Assembly: GCF_036321535.1 (NCBI RefSeq)
Contig: NC_087437.1
Location: 89,902,001-89,966,000 of the forward strand
Length of the DNA: 64,000 bases
Direction of reading: 5' to 3'
Source of the DNA: Camelus dromedarius
Taxonomy: Eukaryota
Shown here: piece after piece, positions 13,730 to 26,170 of the stretch
How positions within the stretch are numbered: position 1 is the first letter of the stretch
Layout of the letters: every line of letters begins with the position of its first letter
Notes under the pieces: generated by a model
What the model was told of the DNA's origin: nothing
What the model saw: the letters and a program-made list of their open reading frames with translations, nothing else
The model's database searches: none
Program-made: the position numbers and the translations under genes

Positions 13730-16104
13730 CAGCCATACCTTGGAGATATTGCTGGTTTGGTTCCAGACCACAGCAATAAAGTGATTATTGTAATAAAGTG
13801 AGTCACAAATTTTTTGGTTTCCCAGTGCATATAAAAGTTATGTTTACACTATACTGTAGTCTATTAAGTATGAAACAGCATTATATCTGAAAAAAAAAGT
13901 GTTATTAATTAAAAACACTTTATTGCTAAAAAATGCTAACCATCATCTGGGCCTTCAGGGAGTCATAATGTAATGTTTTTGCTGGTGGGGGTTTTGCCTC
14001 GATGTTGATGACTCCTGACTGATCAGGGTGGTAGTTACCGAAGGTTGGGGTGGTTGTGGCAATTTCTTAAAATAATGACGTTTGTAGCATCAACTGACTC
14101 TTCCTTTCATGAACAATCTCTCTGCAGCAGGCAATGCTGTTTGATAGCATTTTACCCATAGTAGAATTTCTTTCAAAATTGGAGTTGATCCTCTCAAATC
14201 CTGTCACTGCTTTATCAACTAAGTGTATGCAATATTCCAAAACTTTTTTTTTTCATTTCCAACAGTCTTCACAGCAACTGCACCAGGGTAGATTCCATCT
14301 CAGTAAGCCACCTTCTTTGCTCACCTACAAGAAGCAACTTCTCATCTATTAAAATTTTATCATGAAGTTGCAGCAATTCAATCACATCTTCAGGCTCCAC
14401 TTCTAAAATTATAGTTCTCTTACTGTTTCTACCACATCTGCAGTTACTTCCTCCACTCAAGTCTTGAACCCCTCTCAGTCATACATGAGGGTTTAAATCA
14501 ACTTCTTCCAAACTCCTCTTAATGTTGATATTTTGACCTCTTCCAATGAATCATGAATATTCTGAATGGCATCTAGAATAGTAAATCCCTTCCAGAAGAT
14601 TTTCAATTGATTTTGTTCAGATCCATCAGAGAAATCACTATCTGTGGCAGCTATAGCCTTCAGAAATGTATTTCTTAAATAACAAGACTTGAGAGTCAAA
14701 ATGACTTCTTAATCCATGGGCCACAGAATGGATGCTGTATTAGCAGGTATGAAAACAGCATTAATCTCATTTTACACCTACATCAGAACTCCAGGGTGAA
14801 CAGGTGCATTGTCAATCTGCAGTAATATTTTGAAATAAATCTTTTTTCCTAAAAAGTAGGTCTCAAGAGTTGGCTTAAAATATTTAGTCAATAATGTGGT
14901 AAACAAATGTGTTGTCACCCAGGCTCTGTTGTTCCTTTGTATAGAGCACAGGCAGAGAAGATTTAACATAATTCTTAAGGGCCCTAGGATTTTCAGAATG
15001 ATAAGGGAGGACTGACTCTAACTTCAAGTCACCAGCTGCATTAGCCCCTAACAAGAGAGTCAACCTGTCCTTTGAAGATTTGAATCCCGACATTAACTTC
15101 TCTTGGAGGAACTAGATGGCATCTTCTTTCAGTATAAGGCTGTTATGTCTACACTGAAAATCTGTTGTTTAGCATAGCTACCATCATTCATTTTCTTGGT
15201 TAGAGCTTCGGAACTTTCTGCAGCACCTACAACAAGTAGCTTCACTTTGCACTTTTATGTTATGGAGATGCTTCTTTCTTTCAACCTCATCAACCAACCT
15301 CTGCTAACTTCAAACTTTAACTCTGCAGCTTCCTCACCTCTCTCAGCCTTCAAAGCATTGAATAGAGTTACGGCTTCGCTCTAGATTAAGTTTTGGTTTA
15401 AGGGAATGCTGTGGCTGCTTTTATTTTCTATTTAGACCGGTAAATCTTTCTCCATATCAGCAGACTATTTTACTTTTTTTAATCATTTGTGTATTCACTA
15501 GTCTCACATTGTTAATTTCCTTCAAGAACTTTTCCTTTGTATTCACAACTTGGCTAACTGGTCTAAAAGGCCAAGCGTTTGGCTTTTCTCTGCTTTTGAC
15601 ATGCCTTCCTCACTAAATTTAATCATTTCTAGCTTTCAATTTATAGTGAGGGATGTATGACTTTCTTTCACTTAAACACTTGGAGGCCATTGTAGGGTTT
15701 ATTAACTGGCCTCAGTTCAATATTGTGTCTCAAGGAATTGAGAGGCCCAAGCAGAAGAAGAGAGATGAGGGAACAGCCAGTCAGTGGAGCAGTCAGAACA
15801 CAGACATTTATCAATTAAGTTCACTGTTGTATGGGTACTGTTCAGGGGGCCCCAAAACAATAGCAATAGTAGTATCGAAGATCACTGATCACAGATCACC
15901 ATAACAAATACAATAATAGAAACGTTTGAAATATCGCCAGAACTACCAAAATGTGACACTGAGACATGGAGTGAGCAACTGCTATTGGAGAAATGGCCTT
16001 GATAAATTTGCTGGACACCTAGTTGCCACAAACCTACAATTTGTAAAAAATGCAGTATCTGCAAAGCACAACAAAGCAAAACACAATAAAACAAGTTCAC
16101 CCTG
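13730..16104 (-). mobile_element. Near full-length Tigger1 (TcMar-Tigger) DNA transposon with dead transposase
   Basis: Termini 'cagccataccttggagatattg' and 'caataaaacaagttcaccctg', TA flanks at 13728-13729 and 16105-16106; minus-strand ORF fragments with pogo/Tigger transposase motifs ([51 protein letters not shown]). Confidence 0.95.
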
Positions 16105-16891
16105 TAAATACTTCAACAGTCTTGTCATATTTCTAAAACTGATCAAATACCTTACTTGAAAATATCTAAAAATAAATGATATGGGGTAGAAAGTAAAATT
16201 CTTAAATATCAAATTTTAATTTTTCAAAAATCAGAGGTTTAAAATAAGTATAAAAACTGATGCCTGCATATGTCCCACAGAACACTTTCTAGTGAAGAGA
16301 AGACAAGAGGATTTATAATCATTTTTTTTGAAAATTCAGAAATAAGTTTAACAATTAAGATTATTAAGTCTTTTTTTTTTTTAAAGCACTTAATAGGGCA
16401 AATCCTTGTATCTGTGCCAGTATACTTAGGAAACCAGAAAACAAGTTTTTCTGGATGTATAAACAATATTTTGAACCTTCTGGCTCAAATGAAGAGATGA
16501 ATGACTAAATCACCAAAGAGCTGTCAGACAGTAATGTTCTGCTGGTTTGGCAACTGTTGAGACTTCAATGTTACAGAAATATATAGTGGATTTGTAAAAA
16601 TGAGTGCAAGTCACTTAGTTCTGCATCTATGCTTGGCTAAGAGCTACCACACTTACTTTTGGGCCAAAGCTTGTTATCTGTGACCAAACAACCCATTCCT
16701 TGAGGGTCAACTCTAAAAGGATTCCTGCAGCTCTGCCTGTTTCCTCCAGAGGTGCTGGGGATACTTTAGGCTCTAAATCCTGCTGCTGCCCCTCCCACTG
16801 CCCTGAGCTGCTGCTGGCAGTGATGGTTCTGCTCTTCTGTCATTTGCTTATTGCATTAAGTCTGTTTTGTACAGGAACACTGATCAGAGGT

Positions 16892-17294
16892 TATTATGGA
16901 CTTAAGTGCATCTCCCCAAATTCACATATTGAAGCCCTGACCACCCCTTCCAACTAATGTGACTATATATGGAGGTAGGATCTACAGTTTGGTAGGTAAT
17001 AAGGGTTAAATGAGGTCATAAAATTGGGGCCCTAACCTGACAAGACTGGTGTCCTAAGAAGACTACGAAAAGACATCAGGGGAACCCCCAACACCGCTGC
17101 CTCGTATGCAGAAGGCCATGAGGACACAGAAGAAGGTGACCATCTACAACCCAAGGAGAGATTCCACACCAGACACCAACCTACTGGCACCCTGGTCCCA
17201 GACTTCCAGGCTCCAGGTTGTGGGCAAGTACAATTCTGTTGTTTAAATCACTAGCCTGTGGTTTCTGTTACAGCAGCCCTAGCTGACTAACACA
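16892..17294 (+). mobile_element. MaLR solo LTR (MLT1A0/MLT1B-like)
   Basis: 'tatggacttaagtg...ccccaaattcacatattgaagcc...gttaaatgaggtcata...gcagccctagctgactaacaca'; 5-bp flanks gaggt/gtggt. Confidence 0.88.
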
Positions 17295-17749
17295 GTGGTG
17301 GATGGTTTTCTCTTTCCTGAATCTTAAATATCCAGTCGTTTAGGCATGAGTCAGTACACCTTGCAAGGTTTTTATATCTAGGAATTTGAAAAAAATCCTG
17401 AATATACCCATGATTAAACAATGATTCAACATATATTTAAAATGATCCTTACAAAGTTAAATTATATATAACATTGTATTATATGTAGCAATTAAGAGAA
17501 AGTTCCGTTCTCAGAAAACTAAAAGTAAGATGCTAATGTGTCGTACTGTAGTATCACAAAGGAATATAAAAGGATTTTCAAGTTTAGAATGTCCTTAAAG
17601 TAGTGAGTTCCCCTCCTGCCCAAACATAGTAGACTCTACTGTATCTGGAGTATAGAAAACTCCCCTCCCCCATTATTTAAACGGTATAAACTATAATTTT
17701 AGTAAATCAAGCAAAGAGCTAATCAAGTTTTGATTTGCTAATTACTTCT

Positions 17750-19260
17750 CAATTTGATTAGAGCTGGCAGCTAATCATCTCTGGATATTTAAAGTCAATC
17801 TTTCACTCACATTTGCAAATCAAGACTTCAGTGTAAAACAAAATTGGGAATACAGCATAAAAGTTCATTGTGTTGTAACAAATAATTAATTTCTCCTTGT
17901 TGCTACAATTTTAAAAATAAAGAAAAGTTTTCTAGGATGCTTCAACAAGTTGAATTATGCATGCAGTGTACCACCCTGTGCTGGAGAATTTTTTTAAAAA
18001 GTAAGCCAGTTTTATACAGCTTTGTGAAACGGCACATTCTGAGCCAGGAAAGCGTACATGCTACATTAAACAAGAACAATATAATTCAAAATCACCATTC
18101 TGATTTTATGGTCAACAGTAGTTTGCAGAAGAAATATCTGCCAAGAAATTGAGCCATGAACAATCAAGATTGTAACTGTTTTTCCAATTAAAATCAGTAT
18201 TTTAAAACATATTTAAGAATTATTAATATACCTAAGACAATATCTCCTTGAAAAATATGCCAAGGTACGAAAAAAATGTCATTTAAATTCAACAAGGGAA
18301 AACATTATGATGAAACACCGTGAAAAAGAAAGCAAGGTAGATGAGTTGATTCTAATTTCAGGGGAAAATGTCTTTCCCAGTCATTTCTCAAACACTGCAT
18401 TTAAATTGTACCCAGTAACAATGTTTCCTCTATCTTTGTCACTTTCTGCTCCTGTCACAATTACACAACTTGAAACTTGCTCGACTACACTGCACTGAAT
18501 AATGAATCATCTTTTCAGGAGATATTTCATTATTACCACTGCCTCATTAACAGCATTTCCAAGCAGTACCTTCAGAAGTAAAGTTACATGAAATTGTAGA
18601 CAACTATATCCTGTAGCATTAGGCTGTCTGAACAAACAGCAGACACCTGAATTCTTTCCTACGATGTTTGCCATCATATTTTAATTTCTTATTCCTTTTA
18701 CCATGATCATCAAGAGCAACGAAAATGACAATTTTTTCTTATTCAGACTTTCCATTCTATTCTTCCTCCTCTCTATGAAGTTGGTATTTTTTATTTACTT
18801 TCATTTTCAGTCTTTTTATTTTTTTGTTTTTCTTAGACAATTCTTTAACATTTTAGTTGCTCATTTTAGTAGTAAACCAGTACTTCCTAGATTTCATAGC
18901 TCAAATAATATCTTTATTGTGCTCAGATTTTGGCCTTATTCTATGTTTTATCTTTGAATGACTTTCTTGGTGACTATCCACGCTAGCCAGAAATTAGGGA
19001 GTAACATTCGAAACTGCTTTACATCAAAGTGTGAGGAGACACTCGTCACACAACTCTGTAATGCATACAGGAACAGCCTTCCATTAATCTTTGCCAAATG
19101 CATGAATAACTTCCTTCTTTTCTTATGTGTCCATTTCCACCTGAACTCTGTGAAGTGGATTTTGAAGTTCTCTTTTGAATGTCAAAGAGATGGAAAGCTC
19201 CGGAACTGTACCAAGTGCACTCACCTCATTTATACCTATACTCCAGCCATCACAGCTGAT
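17750..19260 (-). mobile_element. Highly decayed, internally deleted hAT-Charlie transposase fossil
   Basis: Minus-strand manual translation gives collinear Charlie-like motifs across frameshifts: KINGR..HFDVK, FWLAWIVTKK, FVALDD, DG..NIVGKNSGV, GNAVNEAVVIMKYL, DRGNIVT, LAFF. Confidence 0.65.
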
Positions 19261-19999
19261 ATTCCTCTCTCTCAAGAGGCTTAAAGAAAATATTTTCTTT
19301 AAAATATTATATGTAGTTCTGTAGATATTATCTCAAAGTCCTTTTCCTTCTCTGCTAACAACAGAATTTGGGGGGGAGGGAAATAACCTAAGACTAAGAC
19401 TGTAGGCGGCTTCAACCTGATTTGAGTCTTGTTAGAAAATATCCAGCTCTAATTACTCCCTCTTTCCCATGAAAACCATGTTATTAGGAAAATTATTCTG
19501 GAAACCAACCTATTACGAAGCTTTCTCACTATAGTTCTATGTGTTTATGATGCTAGAGATGAGATGTTGGGCAGAAAAGAGAATTTTATATAATAGATGG
19601 TTAACTGAGCTGGAAAAAGAGCATTTCCTACTACTAGTTTGTTTGTTTGTTTGTTTATTTTTAATGAAGAAGCAGCAACAGCCAAGGCTAGAAACACATT
19701 AATTCAGTACATTAGAACAATAACATGTTCATGACATTTAATTCTATGACGGTGCCTAATTTAAATTTGAACATGCTGTATCTTATAAAGCTAGGATTTA
19801 GTAGTCTAAGTCATTATCCAGGCTCTGGGCTTAGGCTAATAATGCTATCACCTTGGTTTGACTGTTCAAATGATGTTCAGCTGGGTTTGGAATGTAAACA
19901 CAATGGGGTGTAGCTCAGTCAAAGTCTAAGACAGTGATAGACCTTACCATCTGAAGCTAAGTAGAAATGTAGCTCAAAGACTTCCTAAAATTGCTGAAT

Positions 20000-20850
20000 A
20001 TCCATTAGACCCAGTTAAAGACATCTTGATTCAGACCTACTTAAGAACCTTCCTCCTGGATTTCTCAGCATTTCTAAACCTTGCCAACAGTCCCTTTTCA
20101 CTTATTTATCCTCTAAGGAGCTATCAGAATGATTTCTCACTTGGCTTGGGTAACTTCCACTGACACCTTGTTACCTTCAGGAAAACATCTAGAATTTTTA
20201 GCACAGTGTCTGAGTCATGTCATCATCCGGTCCCAGCCTGCTTTCCACCCCACCAATCCTGTGCTCTAGACACATGGGATCTCTTACTGTTCTCTAAAAA
20301 GGTCATGCTTTCTTATCCCTTGTAACCTCCCCATATCAACACAGCTCCTCCTCAGCTCTAGCAAATATCTGATTATGACTATAACAATCACTTAAATGTC
20401 ATCTCCCCTATATGAACATTATCAAATCTCCCATAATATACTCTCTCATAATATATAAAAAGCACCATTTGTGGTTTTGAGCCTTGTAATACAAGGGTTT
20501 GTAAGCCTGTAAACATTCTTTAAAGCAAGGATTGTGCTTTGCTCATTCATTCAACATTTGAGAAACTGTAATTGGAAGGTATTATATTTAGTAGTGCAAA
20601 TACAAAAATGAGACTTGGAATGTACAGTCTACTGGGGGTGAAATAGAGAAATAGATGACTGCGATACCTAGTGGTGTGTTCTAGAGCTGTGAAATATACA
20701 GGCTACTATGGCAGCACAAAGCAGAGGCAGATGACATCAGAGTGTCATGGAGGGCACTTATGAACAAAGTCCTCTCAGAGCAGCTAACACATTGCCTGGC
20801 ACTTAGTAGGTGCTCATTAGACATGCTTTGAAATAATGAATGAATAAATC
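20000..20850. mobile_element. Cluster of L2 fragments in both orientations
   Basis: 'cattcattcaacatttgag' near 20545 (antisense 3' end) and 'gcctggcacttagtaggtgctc...aatgaatgaat' at 20795-20846 (sense 3' end). Confidence 0.7.
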
Positions 20851-21369
20851 AACAGACAAAAGCTAACCTGGATGCTGTATTTCTATTTTATGTCATATGT
20901 CTTATTTTCTGAAGCTTTGGACCATAAAGAAAGTTGGAGGTCAGGCAGAAAGTTTCCTTTTTCAATATTTTATATTTCCTTTTATGTCACCTTTCCTGAT
21001 CCTGACTGGAGTTACTACGGCCTTTATATATTACACATTTCATACCAGGATCCAGGGCTTGATCTTATTAGGATGCTTTGCATTTCTCCAAATAATTTAC
21101 TATTGATTAGGGTAAACCTGAGTCAAAATTGGTAGAAGAAAAACTGTCTGATACTCCCTGCCTCTGCTCTGAATCCTTCATCCCTCTGGCTGGCATCCTC
21201 TCTCTTAATGTTCCTTTATATCAAAATTTACTGTTCAAGCACCTCAGAAGAAAATGTCTTTCCTCTAAATTACCAATCTAAAAGAATCAAAAATGTTTAC
21301 TTGTTAATAAAAAAATAAATTGGAAGACAAATTATAGGCCTGTTTATCAGTTTATAGAAAACACAAAGA

Positions 21370-21487
21370 GCAACATGTTACAGGACACCATGAAGAAACT
21401 AAGACAAATTCAGGATGTGGAGCACTCTACAGGGTAACTGAATTTGATACCTGAAGAAGTCAATGGTATGTGGTTAAAAAAAAAAAA
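21370..21487 (+). mobile_element. Old L1 (L1MC/ME-like) 3' UTR fragment
   Basis: 'agacaaattcaggatgtggagcactctacagg...aagaagtcaatgg' followed by an A tract. Confidence 0.5.
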
Positions 21488-23189
21488 GTTTTCACATAGC
21501 TGATACCTTTCCCTGTACCCACTAATGGTTGGTCCCGAGCTTCACACATAGTGTAACATATTACAGTAAACATGTAAAGTCCAGTGTGCAATGCAATGTT
21601 TAGGTAATGGAGATGTATAAATTTCCCTTCCAAAATTTCTGATGATTGTAAACTACTTAAACACATCTCTAATTGTGACTGCATGATCCATATCTTGAAA
21701 CTAAAAGGAAAAACATCTTTGAATTAAGGGTTTTCTTTTCACTCTTGACATTGCATTTTCCTTTAACATATATTGTCTTCCATGATATTGTCCTAACAGA
21801 GTTCAAAGTGAAAAACTAAAAGAAACTAATTAATAACATCTTTGGTATATCATAACTTTTTAAAGCAAACTATCAATTTGTTTTCTATGAATTTAAAATT
21901 ATTTTTGGTTCTTATTTTACTCTTTACAAGGCATTTGCTCTGTAACTGCTACCTTTAGAATCATAAAGGTCTAATATTGTTGCTTTAAAAGGTGTTCTAT
22001 TTCTCCCTTCTGTCCTTTTTAAAAATAGTTCCTAAATTTACACTGGGAAAAACACCTTGGTAACTACTATAGTAAAAAAAAATCTTAATATTTATCTTTT
22101 TATGTACTTTATATGCATGCTTACGAGTTGCTGACATTATATTTGAGGTTAAGGAAAGAAAAAGCAAAGAAATACTGTTCTTTAGAGAGAAAGAAAAAAT
22201 AAACTACAGGAAAGGAAAATATACATGGAATACTTAAGGCACTTAAATCAAAATTTAAAAAACATTCAGTAGCATTTTCAAATTTTACCTATTTTTTAAA
22301 AACCTACATAAAGGATAAAGTAAGAAAATGCTTATAGTAAAAATTCTCTGTAATATATTCTCTGTGCTAAGTGTAGCTCAAATATCTTTCATTTGCAGTA
22401 AATTTAAAACATTGACATCCTATGAATTTCTTAAAATAGAACTTATAAGTAGTTCTACTGAAACATGTAAAAACTGTATGTAGAAAGAAAATGCCTCTTG
22501 TCCTAAACATTGTAACTTCGGCCAATAACAAACATTCAGTGTTTGAAAACATATATTGAATGTTTCCACAAATTTAGCTGCAGCTATTTTGTGGAGGTAG
22601 TTATTTGGTAAAGGAATTTCTGAAATACAGAAATAAAATGTTATAATTTTGAAATAAGTCCAGAATTAGAGCAAACTTCTTTATTCATAATATAATACTC
22701 TTTCAATGTACTTTGAAATTTATGCATTTTATATGAATGTTTAAATTACAGCTTTCCTCTCAAATTGAACTCTTCTAAAGAATATTCTCTCTGGCTTAAT
22801 TTGAGTGCTCAGGAGACAGCTGTAATGTCTACATATTCACTTAGTAGATAACAGTGGTAGTGTACATCAGCATCCACTAAACAGTCCCTAACTGTCAGTA
22901 AAACTCCTTAAGGGAGTTTATTTCTTCAAACAGTCTTTTTTTTTTTTTTTTTGTCACAGGAATTGTACTCTATAGAAATGTTACTTACATAATTACATAT
23001 TCTCTTGTTCATATATAGAAACAACTAGGATCAGCAGAGTATAGCACAAAACACATGGCTGTGGGAAGCTTTGGCGCCTTGATTAGACTTGATTCTACTG
23101 GGCTAGGAGATTTGTTCTGGCCTTATTCTCATCTGGTTTGTGATAAATATCTCCTCCTCCGTATGTTATTTTTCCTGATGCAGTCTTGA

Positions 23190-23390
23190 ATCATAGGTTT
23201 TGAAATCAGAAGACACGCATGCATTTGAGTTCTGTTATTGCATTCACTTACTAGGTGCTCTGGGATGAGTTATTACCACTTTTGGAAATTTAGTTCTTCC
23301 AAAAAAAAAAGTTTAACATAGCTTTCTTCCTATGGCTTTTATGAAAATTAAATGCAAAAGGAACTCAAGACCTAGAACATATTAAATGGG
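23190..23390 (+). mobile_element. MIR fragment
   Basis: 'tttgaaatcagaagac...cacttactagg...atgaaaattaaatg'. Confidence 0.55.
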
Positions 23391-24419
23391 AAAAAGGTTA
23401 CATTTGAATTAAATTATGTAATATTTTTATTACTATTATAGTTTTTGCAATGTGATTTAATATCAACCTGCAATTTTTTTTTGCATTTCTTTATATCAGA
23501 TGATATATAAACTTGGAACAAATGCACACGTTTCAGTAAAGAGAGAATATGTATGACTGCAGTCACAACCAGGTTATTTGGTGCTGAAATAGTACGAAAA
23601 AGTGAAGGATTTAAGGGTAATGTTTTGCTTTCAGAGAATTATTGGTTATTCTATTTAAAAATTATGTAATGAAATCCAGTAGACATTCAACAATTTCCTA
23701 TTGAATGGACAGATAAATACATATATTTTTCATTAACATATTTTTCCCAGATTCAAATCAAAATAACTATTATATAGTAAAAACACCTAGATTAGTATGT
23801 ATTTAATTTCTAACACTGTATGCACTTAATTTTTTTGTTATATCTTAAAATGGATTCTGCATGATATAGCAGATACTATTCACTAGTGTTACAAGGAAAA
23901 GTCAACATGAAAAGAGTGAAAAGGAAACCCTTAATTCAGATTTTTTTTTCCTTTCAGTTTTAAGATTTGGAATATGCAAAATGTTGAATGTTTAGGGAAA
24001 TTATTTCTATAAAACTGTTTTATAGTGTGCAACAATTTTAGAAACACTATCAAAAAATTGTTTTTAAAGACTATTCCACAAGGCTACAGTGACTAGCCTT
24101 TGGAATGCTGGACTTAATTCTGTAATAGCAATTTCTTTAGCCATTTATAAATATCTTTACCATGTGAAAAAGTAGACCCAGTGTGATTTAGGAGAATATT
24201 TCAAAAAAAGCGAAAAGAGGATCTAGGTTCTATTCCTACAGGTACCACTGACTGCTTGCGTCCTTGGGAAATGTTTATGCATCAGACAGAACGTGATTCC
24301 TATCATTTTAATGAGACTATTAAAAAAAAAAGAAGCTGTATAGCGATGGAGTTTTAGAACAAGCTACAAAGAAAGGAACCATAAGAAGCATCCACTAATT
24401 CCATTAATTTTATAACTAG

Positions 24420-24560
24420 TATTTATTTAACCTCTTATTATGTGACTGTTACTGTGCTAGTTATTTCTCATGATTAAATAATTTGATCTTCACAACGTTT
24501 ACATGAGGTAGGAACTACTGTAATCCCTATTTTCTAGGTCAGTAAACATGGTCCACAAAT
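24420..24560 (-). mobile_element. MIR fragment
   Basis: 'atcttcacaac...atgaggtagg...atccctattttctagg'. Confidence 0.6.
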
Positions 24561-25612
24561 TATTGGAATAAATTGTCAAAATATGTATTCACATATCAAC
24601 ACATACTTTAAAAGCTTTTTTAAACAAAATATTCAAAACATTAAAAAATGTTTGAATTATTTGTTTCAAAATTAAATGTATAGAGTAGCTATATAATTTT
24701 TAAATTTCCTATGTAGTCTCTGTGACAAAATCTACCTTTGTCTTATCAGAAAGTTAGGGACCGACCTGATATACCACATGGAGAACTTGTTAAGTGTACA
24801 TCTCTTATATGGATATATGGATAAAATTGTAGTATCCATAGATAAATCAATTTTTTAGAGGCTCATATGATAATCATCCCCAGGAAACAATGGTTTTTCA
24901 AAAATGGCCAAAGAATACAAAAGTGTACTAACTCAAGTTTGGTTTGATAGCAATTTTGCAACCTTTTTGACACAGGTTACTACAAGGAGACAGTTTCTTC
25001 TTTTCTTCCTGAGAAGCTATCTAAAACTCACATAAGTCAAAGCCAGCAATTAGGTGCAACTATACATACCCTTTTACAAGAAAGTGGAAAATGAAAATAC
25101 CTTGAAAACAATACTTAAAAAGAAGTCCCGTAAAATCCATCAAATAGTACATCTGAAAAATGTGTAGTTCCTGTACAGGAATCATACCACAATAAAAGTG
25201 TTAAAAAAAGAAAAACTTATCAAGAAAAGAAGAAAAAGAAGTCCCTGGGCAATGTCTTGATTTCAGCGCATTGCTCAGTCTACTAGTCTTATAAAATACT
25301 TATCTATATGAAACAATAAAACTTTGGAATTCACATGTTTGCAACTCCTTTAATACATCATGTAAAACTTTCTCTTTATTATCAAGTTTATCTATGAGGA
25401 GAGTTGCAGTGCATTTTTAATACTTTATTGAAAATAGCCAGGTTTACACTAGCTAGTTACTTTGTCTTATACCCTCTTCTCTCCTACCTTCCCCAACATC
25501 TCTGCTTCATCTAGATTCTTCTCTCTGTGCCTTAAAAACCCCTAATAGCAGTCTCAGGCAAGGGAGACTTTAATCTAAATAGCCCTGAAATTTGAACTGA
25601 AAGAGCGCTTCT

Positions 25613-25614
<2 letters not shown>

Positions 25615-25664
<50 letters not shown>

Positions 25665-25678
25665 CATGCATGCATGTG
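25615..25678. repeat. (TG)n followed by (ATGC)n microsatellite
   Basis: Directly visible. Confidence 0.97.
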
Positions 25679-26025
25679 TATATTTATTTCCAAAACTTGA
25701 TCATACTTTTCCAGAAATACTTTTTTTGGGGGGTGGGGGGACTTATGCTTAATTAAAATCAGGCAGGATCAGTGATACTCTTAACAACCACTTTCACTGC
25801 TTTATCATCCACTTAGGAAAGTCCATGTTTGACTGCTACATGGCACAAAAGTAAATTTGAATACATTTTAAAATATTTTGACTTTGCAGCCTCATTAAAA
25901 AAAAAAAAAAACCTTTTCTTTTTTTTTTAACTTTTATTTATCCTTTTGTATGGAAGGGTTATTCTGTCCATATAATGACTGTCTCTATAGAAGTGGAGAA
26001 TATGAGATGCTATGAAAAAATGTAT

Positions 26026-26170
26026 CAGTGGTTCTTAATCCTACCTTCATATTAAAATCACTTTGAATTTTCAGGAAATACATATGCCCTTGCCCCACCA
26101 TTAATAATTCTGATCTAAGTGGTCTGTGGTAGGTCTTGGACATCAATATTGTTTGAACATGACTCCACTG
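26026..26170. mobile_element. MER5A-like fragment
   Basis: 'cagtggttcttaatcct...cattaaaatcac...aattctgatctaagtggtctg'. Confidence 0.7.

Noticed and set aside
22901..22919. Near-palindrome aaactccttaagggagttt
   Set aside because: Short and isolated; expected by chance in 64 kb.
25069..25152. Minus-strand exon candidate MYYLMDFTGLLFKYCFQG...
   Set aside because: Ambiguous donors and a T-rich composition typical of intron sequence.
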